A stretch of 64,000 nucleotides of DNA, from positions 1 to 64,000 of the IMG/VR virus record IMGVR_UViG_3300028591_000076. The stretch is one strand, 5' to 3'. The position numbers were made by a program, and so were the translations under genes. Origin of the DNA: a virus (taxonomy: Duplodnaviria; Caudoviricetes). Each line of letters opens with the position of its first letter. The first letter of the stretch is position 1. Below are positions 9,418 through 17,438 of this stretch, piece after piece. The notes under the pieces are model-generated. The model was given only the letters and a program-made list of their open reading frames with translations, had not been told where the DNA came from and made no database searches.

Positions 9418-10215
9418 TTAGAATAAAGCATCTTCATCAATCATACTCATGTTATCAGTATAATTATCTTCGAAATATAAATCGCCCTTACTTAGTATTG
9501 TATTTCGTGTAACTAAATCTTTTATACCCTCACCAAAAATTGATCCATCAATTTCTGAAGTACTTATATTTGAAATAAAAATTACGCCTTTTCCTTTAGT
9601 TTGAATTCTATTTCTTAAGAAAGAGTCCAAAAAGCTTAGCTGATACTGACTCTTATAAATTAAAACACGCTCTTTCATAAAAGACTCATCAATAATTAAT
9701 AAGTCCTTATTAAGAATTTTATCAATTCTCGCTTGTATTTCTTCATCTCTATCAGCCTTTTGTAAAAGTTTCAAAAGGTCATTCATTAGCGTATAATAAA
9801 CTGTTTTTCCAGCTTTTAGAAATTCTAAACCTGCCCACTTAGCTAAGGTCGTTTTTTGTGTACCATTAGGCCCAAACATATATAAACAAACTTTAGCAAG
9901 CTTATCTTGAACTTCCTTTGTTTCATTCTTATCTGTTGAACGCTTTACAAATTTAATAAGTCTATCTACATTATCTTTTGACTTCTGGCCAACATAAGAG
10001 TTAATATCATATGTTAAAATATCCGAGCCTATATTCGCTTTTGCTAAAGCGCCTTCCAAAGATACTGCTTTCTTCCATTCCTTATGACACTGACATTCTT
10101 CAAGAACTTCAACTTCTGTTTTGCCATCTGCTGCTAGAATTTTCTTTAGGATATATCCTTTTGGAACTGTGCTATCTTGATTTATACATTTTCTACATTG
10201 TATATACTGAATCAT
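9418..10215 (-). CDS. DnaC/IstB-like helicase loader ATPase
   Basis: N-terminal CxxC..CxC zinc site, GPNGTQKT Walker A, LLIIDE Walker B, FISN. Confidence 0.85.
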   Translation of the reverse strand: MIQYIQCRKCINQDSTVPKGYILKKILAADGKTEVEVLEECQCHKEWKKAVSLEGALAKANIGSDILTYDINSYVGQKSKDNVDRLIKFVKRSTDKNETKEVQDKLAKVCLYMFGPNGTQKTTLAKWAGLEFLKAGKTVYYTLMNDLLKLLQKADRDEEIQARIDKILNKDLLIIDESFMKERVLIYKSQYQLSFLDSFLRNRIQTKGKGVIFISNISTSEIDGSIFGEGIKDLVTRNTILSKGDLYFEDNYTDNMSMIDEDALF

Positions 10216-10262
10216 AATATTTAAATATTAACTTTGTTAAAAATAATCTTTGTAGAAAAATT

Positions 10263-10291
10263 AAGCTTTCTACCAGCGATAGAAAGCTTTT
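10263..10291. terminator. intrinsic terminator
   Basis: AAGCTTTCTA..TAGAAAGCTT inverted repeat. Confidence 0.6.
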
Positions 10292-10318
10292 ATGTTTAAA
10301 AATCAAAAAATTTAATTA

Positions 10319-10735
10319 TTAGTTATTATTTTCCCAAGTAACATTAAATGTTATTTTATTCTTATCAAGCTTATCTAAGTCTATAAATGACATGAGCTGA
10401 TTAAATGTAAGATAATAGCCTGTAATATCACTATGTGGATTTATGCCATCTATTATATCATCTTTAAATGACGCAAAATTATTATATTCCACTTCCTTAA
10501 AAGATTGCCTATCATTTTCTAACGACTCATTAAATGATTTTACATCCATACAATATTTGGCGTATGCATCTTCAAAAGGTAAAATCTTAAACTCATTAAT
10601 AGCATTTTTTGGGTCATTAAACCAAATTACAAAGTCTAATGTTTTTAAGTCTTCTAACTGGCATTTATTAAGCGTTACTATTGCATTACAGCTAGAAGAG
10701 TTAGTTTCAAATGTATTTAATCTGACAAGCGTCAT
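10319..10735 (-). CDS. conserved phage hypothetical protein (RxxxFETNSSS N-terminal motif)
   Basis: starts MTLVRLNTFETNSSSC; AGGAG RBS. Confidence 0.7.
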   Translation of the reverse strand: MTLVRLNTFETNSSSCNAIVTLNKCQLEDLKTLDFVIWFNDPKNAINEFKILPFEDAYAKYCMDVKSFNESLENDRQSFKEVEYNNFASFKDDIIDGINPHSDITGYYLTFNQLMSFIDLDKLDKNKITFNVTWENNN

Positions 10736-10812
10736 AAGTAATCTCCTATACCAAATTAGTAAGTAAGAACGTATATATAATTGTTTTTGAAAAATGTATA
10801 CTAACTTATATT

Positions 10813-13593
10813 ATGGAACAATTAGAGCAATTTTATGAAGAGCTTCTTCAAGAGGCTAGTAAAGCACGTTTTATAAATTCAATTGAGGAACTAACCGACG
10901 AAGAAAAGCAAGATTTTATAGATTTCTTCGATTCACATACAAATGCACAAAATCTTATAAATTGGCAAAATAAAAGTGAACTTACAAAAGAAAATCTAGA
11001 AAGAGTAGTAAATGAAGTAAAGGCTAAAGCGGATGCTAAAAAGAAAGAGCATGATAAATATCGCTTGGGTAGAAAAGACCCACTTTTAATGTTTACTTCA
11101 AGACCAGAAATGTTTGACATCTTGGAAGTAAATGATAAATGGATTTTTGCTCAATGTAAAAGCCATGCAGCTTGTAATTTCGCAGACTCATTCGAATGTG
11201 GTGGAGCTGGCGCTAAATGGTGTATAGGATGGACTAATAATCCTGCTCACTGGAATAGCTATACTAAAGCTGGTATGGAGTTTGTTTTAGCTTATAATAA
11301 ACTTGGTGATCCTAAAAAAGAAGATGACTTAAAATATATGATTCAGATTGACCCAACAAACAAAACTCAAGCTTGGCTACAGTCTGATCGATTCGGTGAT
11401 ACTATTAAGTTACCCGATTTTCCAGAATTTTTCGGGTTGGACCTAGATATAAAATCTGACTCTAGCGGAAATAGAAATGCCGTAATTGAGGGTACAACAT
11501 ATGTTAGACCGCCTTATCAAGTAAATGGCGACGGTTCGACCATTTCTGGCCAATTAAAAATTGGAAAAAAATCATTTTTTGTAACTTATAAAGAAGGCTA
11601 TAATGATAGCTCAAATAAAATATCAAGAATAGAAGTACCAGAAGGTATAGAAACTATTGCTGAGAACTGCTTTAATATGAGCTTTAGCAACCTTAGTTCT
11701 ATTTCATTACCATCAACACTTAAACGAATTAATGCAAATGCCTTTAGTGGTCCTAGGAGATATGGTTTTACTCTATCTATTCCTGAAAGCGTAGAAATAA
11801 TTGAAGATACAGCATTTAATTCTTGTATAGCAATGTCAGTTGACTTTAAAGGAAATAAATTTAAGTTTGTTTCTGCTGACAATTCTAATACGCTAGTTAA
11901 TCCTTTTAAAAAATGTGGTTCTGATGGTCATTTTTCTTGTTCAGTTAAACAAGAAAATCATGGTGGTGACGTTACTATTAGAAGCTTAGAACGTGGCCAT
12001 ATTACTATTGGACATATTATTACTCAGAAAGAAAATGGTCATAATATATTATTATCAGCAAATATTCCATCTGAAGCTGCAAATATGGATGGTATAAAGA
12101 ACATTATAAATGAATGTGATATAATAGCTCCTAATGCTTATGATGGCAGTGACACTGTAGTAATTCCATCTCAAGTAAAACATATTACAGGCTCGTTATT
12201 AGGAGAAAGTCCTGCCGCTCCTGCCGCTATAGTTATACCAGAATCAGTTGAAACAATTACTTGTGACGCATTAAGTTCCATGTATTCATATTGGCAAGAC
12301 TTTAAAACAGATGTTATATTTGAAGGTAAAAATTTTAAATTTATACCTTCTAAGGGTAAAACAAATTTATCTGACCCATTCGCTCATTCACATATAGCAA
12401 GCATACAAATACCAGAAGACCATCCATATTATAAAGTTGAAGTAATAGATGGTATATATTATCTTATTTCAACTGAGTCGGGATCAAGAGTATTATTAGG
12501 TGCTGCTTATAGTAAATCAATACATATAGATGATTTAAGACTACCAGATAATATTACTGGTATTGCTAATGATGTTATGATGACTAACAAGCTTGAAGTA
12601 AAAAATATTATTTTCCCAGAAACATTGAGATATATTGGACGATTAGCATTTTCAGACGTAACATGTACTAATAAACTTTTAGTATTAAGTAAAAATATTA
12701 GTATTATTGGTCCTAATGCTTTACCTAGAGTAGACATAATTATTATGCCACCAAAATTAAAATATCTTGGTGAGTTACATCCAACTTTCCAAAAAAATTG
12801 GGGACGTGCTATAATACTTACAAATACAAATCCACAAGATGCTAATAAATTTATTGCAGCATATCCTAATTATGCAATATCTTATAATCCGGAAGCTAGT
12901 GGTAGCCTTATTACAACAAACAATATAACATATGTTGGTAATCAAGCTATAGCTATTCCTAAGAGCGTAAAAGGTGATGTAGTAATGCCTAGTAATATTA
13001 CTTATATAATGCCACAGGCTGCTTCTCACTCAACAAATATAAAATCTCTTACATTTACATCAAATGAAGTTACAGTTAACAATTCATCTTTTAATTCATG
13101 TAGTAAAATTGCTGTTATTAACTTCCCAGCAAAAGTAATATTTGAGGGTAGATGGTCTTTTGCTTGTTGTAAGAGACTTACAACAGTTAATTTTAAGCCG
13201 CGCTCTGTTATCGAATTTAAGGGTGAAGGTACTTTTGACCACTGTGCATTATTGGATAATGTTATTTTACCTGAAGGCTTAAAGAGTCTTGGTAATAGCA
13301 CATTTAATGCATGTAAAGCACTTACACAAATTAGATTACCTAGTACATTGGAAGATTTAGGACAATATGTATTTAATGGTACACGTCTTTGTAAAATTGT
13401 ATTTAATGGTACTAGAGCACAATGGCTAGAATTAGTTAAACCATTAAAATCAACTAGACAATCTGATAAAAAAATACTTAGCTCTTTAGTAGCATGTAAA
13501 GATGGCTTTACTTTGGCTAAAAAACGTATAACTACACAGTCAGCATTAGCATACAAACGACAAATAGAACAAGCTCTTGCTAGATTAAGATAA
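10813..13593 (+). CDS. large BspA-type LRR protein with N-terminal CGGxGAKWCIG domain
   Basis: many IPxxxxxIxxxAF repeats; N-terminal ~200 aa paralogous to 17439..19799. Confidence 0.88.
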   Translation: MEQLEQFYEELLQEASKARFINSIEELTDEEKQDFIDFFDSHTNAQNLINWQNKSELTKENLERVVNEVKAKADAKKKEHDKYRLGRKDPLLMFTSRPEMFDILEVNDKWIFAQCKSHAACNFADSFECGGAGAKWCIGWTNNPAHWNSYTKAGMEFVLAYNKLGDPKKEDDLKYMIQIDPTNKTQAWLQSDRFGDTIKLPDFPEFFGLDLDIKSDSSGNRNAVIEGTTYVRPPYQVNGDGSTISGQLKIGKKSFFVTYKEGYNDSSNKISRIEVPEGIETIAENCFNMSFSNLSSISLPSTLKRINANAFSGPRRYGFTLSIPESVEIIEDTAFNSCIAMSVDFKGNKFKFVSADNSNTLVNPFKKCGSDGHFSCSVKQENHGGDVTIRSLERGHITIGHIITQKENGHNILLSANIPSEAANMDGIKNIINECDIIAPNAYDGSDTVVIPSQVKHITGSLLGESPAAPAAIVIPESVETITCDALSSMYSYWQDFKTDVIFEGKNFKFIPSKGKTNLSDPFAHSHIASIQIPEDHPYYKVEVIDGIYYLISTESGSRVLLGAAYSKSIHIDDLRLPDNITGIANDVMMTNKLEVKNIIFPETLRYIGRLAFSDVTCTNKLLVLSKNISIIGPNALPRVDIIIMPPKLKYLGELHPTFQKNWGRAIILTNTNPQDANKFIAAYPNYAISYNPEASGSLITTNNITYVGNQAIAIPKSVKGDVVMPSNITYIMPQAASHSTNIKSLTFTSNEVTVNNSSFNSCSKIAVINFPAKVIFEGRWSFACCKRLTTVNFKPRSVIEFKGEGTFDHCALLDNVILPEGLKSLGNSTFNACKALTQIRLPSTLEDLGQYVFNGTRLCKIVFNGTRAQWLELVKPLKSTRQSDKKILSSLVACKDGFTLAKKRITTQSALAYKRQIEQALARLR

Positions 13594-13595
13594 AT

Positions 13596-13626
13596 AAAAA
13601 AGTCCGCTTATTAGGCGGACTTTTTT
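13596..13626. terminator. bidirectional intrinsic terminator
   Basis: AAAAAAGTCCGC..GCGGACTTTTTT between convergent genes. Confidence 0.9.
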
Positions 13627-13627
13627 A

Positions 13628-14062
13628 TTAAATATCTTTTTTAGGCTTTAAGCTTTCTATAAATGGCGCTATTAAATTATCATACTTAGTTTTTTCTTCA
13701 TCATATTCCTTTTTAGATACTTTCCTACCAGATACATAATAATTATGGCTTGTATCATCACATATTATGGCATATCTAGAACAATCACCATCACTAATAC
13801 AAATAAGAAGCCCTATAAAAGCTATTAGTGATATAATAATTAAAATTATTGAAGCAACAAACCAAAACTGATACTTAACTGGTAATTCGTAATAATGAGA
13901 CCATGTATTGGACCCAGCTATGCTAACTATATAAACAATACAAGTTATAGTTATAATGATACTTGAAACAAAATAAAATAAAGCAAACCATTTGTCAGTA
14001 AGCCTAAAATTTTTAACTTCTTGTATATCTAATCTATTCATACTGGCACATCCTATTAACAA
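13628..14062 (-). CDS. hypothetical membrane protein
   Basis: two long hydrophobic helices. Confidence 0.7.
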   Translation of the reverse strand: MLIGCASMNRLDIQEVKNFRLTDKWFALFYFVSSIIITITCIVYIVSIAGSNTWSHYYELPVKYQFWFVASIILIIISLIAFIGLLICISDGDCSRYAIICDDTSHNYYVSGRKVSKKEYDEEKTKYDNLIAPFIESLKPKKDI

Positions 14063-14618
14063 TTTCTAATATATCTTTATACTTTCGTATTCTAAGGCCT
14101 TTTTCACCTTTCTTAAAATCTCTGGTACAACTTATTTCAGATAATTCTAACTCTACACTATAATCAGAGTTATTTGCGGCCCTATATAATTTTACTTTTT
14201 TATCATTTTCTTCATTCCTAAATATAATTATAATATAATCTTTATCATAAATATATGAATGATATTTACCAAGCGTATCAGAAAAATTAAAGGCCCAATC
14301 ATTAGCAGAGCCTACCGATATATTTTCTTTAACATTTTCTCGTAAATAACATAGCTTTTTATAAAGTTCCTTTTCTTTATTTATCTGGTCCTTACAGTCC
14401 TCAGTTATAATGCTAATTGACCTAAGAATATTATTCTTTTTATCAATCTCTATTTTAGAAGATGTTCTTGAGCCTATCTCAATAGATGACTCTTCGGTCA
14501 TACGATTAATATTATTAAGTTCAGTAATATTGACAATTAGATTTATCAATATAACAAATACTAGTAATACAGAAAATACAGCCCAAAATAAATTGGTAAT
14601 AGTTACTTTAGTTCTCAC
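14034..14618 (-). CDS. hypothetical protein with N-terminal TM helix
   Basis: GTG start, hydrophobic N-terminus. Confidence 0.65.
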   Translation of the reverse strand: MRTKVTITNLFWAVFSVLLVFVILINLIVNITELNNINRMTEESSIEIGSRTSSKIEIDKKNNILRSISIITEDCKDQINKEKELYKKLCYLRENVKENISVGSANDWAFNFSDTLGKYHSYIYDKDYIIIIFRNEENDKKVKLYRAANNSDYSVELELSEISCTRDFKKGEKGLRIRKYKDILEIVNRMCQYE

Positions 14619-15338
14619 TTTTTTGTCCTTTATAGCTAATCGACTCTAACTCACTAATCACTTCATCTAATTTAAGAATTTTATGAGTATAATCAAGACA
14701 TACATTATAATAATCTCTTATATCCACTTTTTTATTTGGATATGCTATTTTAGCTTCTGGTGGTTCAAGACCATTTTTTCTGTATGCTCTTGCTTCCATT
14801 GCCCAATTTTCTAGATCCTTACAATGATATAACTCATCGATACAGGTATTATGTGTATGGCCATAGATTACTTTAAAAGGCGAATTTTTTCCAATATAAA
14901 CAGGCTCATGACAAAGAATATATTTATCCTCAATAATAATTGGATGATCATAAACTTTATCAAAACCAAGCTCGGTAAAAAATTGAATAAGAGACTTATT
15001 CCTTATACCTAAAGTTTTAAGAATAGTTCTATCATGATTACCTAATACGAGATTAAGTGTTCTCTTTACTCCTTTCATTCTACTTACATATGACTTTAAG
15101 CAATTTATACCAGCATCAGCTAACATTTTTGAAAAGAATACATCACCTAAATTCCAAATTATAGTATTATTATCATCAGGCAAGTTATCAAAGAGTTTAA
15201 GAATATCTTCGTTCATTCTAAAGATTTCTTCTCTCTTTGTATAATCATATGGTCTATTACAATATTTTATGATATTTGCATGAAAAAAGTGCTTACCTAA
15301 TGTAAGTCAGAAATAATATATTCATTTCTAACCGCCAT
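14608..15338 (-). CDS. calcineurin-like metallophosphoesterase, interrupted by an 11-nt gap (15289-15299); about 239 aa if the gap is skipped
   Basis: AGGAGG-ATG(15338) MAVRNEYIISDLH-TAG, then FFHANIIKYCNRPY in the frame of ORF 14608..15216 with LGD, GNHD, CHEP, GHTH motifs. Confidence 0.9.
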
Positions 15339-15365
15339 TTTTATCCTCCTTATTTATATAAATTA

Positions 15366-15611
15366 TTAGTTTTCATCATAATCATCAAAATATGAATTTG
15401 GTAATTCATCTAAATATGATGTTACGGTACGTTCACATTGCTGATAAGCAGCAAAACTTCTATCTTTGTATTTTGATAATTCTTTTAGCAATTCATTAAA
15501 CTTTTTTTCATCATGACATTTTTGACTTATAAGACTACAAATTTCTTCATATATCTCATCTACAGCCGCTGTTTCCTTTGCATATTCTTCTAATTTAGAT
15601 TGTAGTGACAT
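15366..15611 (-). CDS. hypothetical protein
   Basis: 81 aa, ends NSYFDDYDEN. Confidence 0.65.
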   Translation of the reverse strand: MSLQSKLEEYAKETAAVDEIYEEICSLISQKCHDEKKFNELLKELSKYKDRSFAAYQQCERTVTSYLDELPNSYFDDYDEN

Positions 15612-15894
15612 TGAAATATGCCTCCTCTACTGGTAATGAAAATACAATAGTAATCTTATCATCTTTCTCTTTAACTTCGCTAACTCTATACTTAATATCT
15701 AACTCTGCAAAAGTATTATTTATAATTGAATTACATGTTTCTTCAACTTCTTGCTTAATATACTTCTTATTATATCTATTTGATATTACAATATTAAATG
15801 AATATGGAAATTCATTATTAAATTTAAATGAACTCTTTACAAAATTTAACATAGATATAATATCACATATAAAGGTATAATCTATACTATTCAT
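15595..15894 (-). CDS. hypothetical protein
   Basis: 99 aa after TAACATATT motif variant. Confidence 0.65.
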   Translation of the reverse strand: MNSIDYTFICDIISMLNFVKSSFKFNNEFPYSFNIVISNRYNKKYIKQEVEETCNSIINNTFAELDIKYRVSEVKEKDDKITIVFSLPVEEAYFNVTTI

Positions 15895-15940
15895 TATATT
15901 ATCTCATTTTATAATATGTTAGGCAAGCGATATAAAATAT

Positions 15941-15966
15941 AAAAGCTGGACATTTTGTCCAGCTTT
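15941..15966 (-). terminator. intrinsic terminator
   Basis: AAAGCTGGACA..TGTCCAGCTTT. Confidence 0.8.
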
Positions 15967-15969
15967 ATT

Positions 15970-16125
15970 TTAATTTTCGCCTATTCTATGGTCAGCTGCA
16001 TATTTACATGCGTCAGACTCAACCTTAAATTTAAGAGTTTCATCTGTTTCAGGGTTTCTAAGAAGCCATTGAGTTCCTTCTAGATACCACTCTAAGTTCC
16101 AACCATAAATAATTCTCACTGTCAT
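15970..16125 (-). CDS. small hypothetical protein (51 aa) missing from the ORF track
   Basis: MTVRIIYGWNLEWYLEGTQWLLRNPETDETLKFKVESDACKYAADHRIGEN fills the gap up to the terminator. Confidence 0.7.
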   Translation of the reverse strand: MTVRIIYGWNLEWYLEGTQWLLRNPETDETLKFKVESDACKYAADHRIGEN

Positions 16126-16136
16126 ATTAAAAATTC

Positions 16137-16385
16137 CTATGAGAAGTATTTATTTGCTTCTTTCTCAAATTTCTCTTCTTCTTTTTGCTCCAATTTTTTA
16201 TTTTGTGTCTCATGTATCTCATGTAATGTATTTACTAGAAGCTTAAAATAATTACTAGTAATATTTGTAGCAGATGCAAACTTACTTAATGTGCCATCTA
16301 TAAGCTCATCTATACTATTATAACTTGAATTATAATTATCCATAATAAATACCTCAAATATAATTAGTGAATTCCTTAAATCCAA
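16137..16385 (-). CDS. hypothetical protein (YF-motif group)
   Basis: ends KFEKEANKYFS; real start probably MDNYN after GAGG. Confidence 0.65.
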   Translation of the reverse strand: MDLRNSLIIFEVFIMDNYNSSYNSIDELIDGTLSKFASATNITSNYFKLLVNTLHEIHETQNKKLEQKEEEKFEKEANKYFS

Positions 16386-16615
16386 TAATCTTGAATCTGC
16401 TCATCCGTAAAATACATAGTATTAGGTTCCTTATTGCTTATAGCTATTTTACCTAAATATTCATAATTTAAGTTTTTCGTGTTACTAGAATAAGACTGTA
16501 GTCCAACCGATTTATAAAATGACTTATTAGATATGCTTATTATAGGATTAGTAATAGGTGCAAATGAGCCAAAAATTATATCATTACATAAAGTATTTCC
16601 CATTTTTTTCCTCAA
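16376..16615 (-). CDS. hypothetical protein
   Basis: ends QIQDYWI. Confidence 0.55.
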   Translation of the reverse strand: MRKKMGNTLCNDIIFGSFAPITNPIISISNKSFYKSVGLQSYSSNTKNLNYEYLGKIAISNKEPNTMYFTDEQIQDYWI

Positions 16616-16790
16616 ATTCTTTATTTAACTTATTCTCAATAGCTTTTTTATCTACTCTACCAAGAACTTCTTCTAATGCGCTTAAAGTATTTTTGATAAT
16701 TGCTTCTTGCGCTGTTAAACCAGACTCGTCAGTATTTATTGCCTGTTCTACTATATGAGACCAGTTTACTTTTAATTTATCATCAATCAT
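16584..16790 (-). CDS. small hypothetical protein, paralog of 16783..16998
   Basis: LKVNWSHIVE / EFEEKNGKYFM. Confidence 0.65.
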   Translation of the reverse strand: MIDDKLKVNWSHIVEQAINTDESGLTAQEAIIKNTLSALEEVLGRVDKKAIENKLNKEFEEKNGKYFM

Positions 16791-16998
16791 AAAAATACCT
16801 TTTGTTTATTTCTTCAAATTCTCTATCTGCCATGAGAGGTTCTACTTCTGGCGATAAATTTCCTGAAAAAGCCGTCTGAGAAAAAAAGCTTGGGTTTAAT
16901 GTAGGACTAAGTACAGCTTCTACGTTCTGTGACCAATCAACATGTACTCTTATTGGCTTTGGTGTAAAAGGTTTTGGATTAAAACTTATGGGTTTCAT
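16783..16998 (-). CDS. small hypothetical protein, paralog of 16584..16790
   Basis: VHVDWSQNVE / EFEEINKRYFYD. Confidence 0.65.
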   Translation of the reverse strand: MKPISFNPKPFTPKPIRVHVDWSQNVEAVLSPTLNPSFFSQTAFSGNLSPEVEPLMADREFEEINKRYFYD

Positions 16999-17336
16999 AT
17001 AACTATATTAAATATTTTTCCTATTTTTTGCCAGTCTATATCATTAAAGCATTGTGGAAATGCTCTATCATCTATATAGATATCTGCTACAATTTTATTT
17101 GAACATGATTTAATAGTTTGTTCATTAAATCTTGTAATCCTTATATCATTTTCTACTAAAAAATTTTTAGCCATATCTAGTGCTTCGCCATCTCTACAAG
17201 TCCATAAAATAATATTATGGCCCTGTTCAATAAGTCCATTTATAACATCTTTAGCATAGGGCCTTAAGTTTCCAGGCTGTGGAAAATTTTTTGGATGTTC
17301 AGTAATCGTTCCATCAAAATCTATTGCAATAGTCAT
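16995..17336 (-). CDS. HAD-superfamily phosphatase (capless, BT0820-like)
   Basis: IAIDFDGTI, LWTCR, K..ADIYIDDR. Confidence 0.9.
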   Translation of the reverse strand: MTIAIDFDGTITEHPKNFPQPGNLRPYAKDVINGLIEQGHNIILWTCRDGEALDMAKNFLVENDIRITRFNEQTIKSCSNKIVADIYIDDRAFPQCFNDIDWQKIGKIFNIVI

Positions 17337-17438
17337 AATCTAATTAAAATCCCTTATGTTCTCTAAAAATGTCCTAGTATCTATAATAATATAATCCATA
17401 GACTAATTAATAAATTAGCTTTAAAAGGAATATTATAA

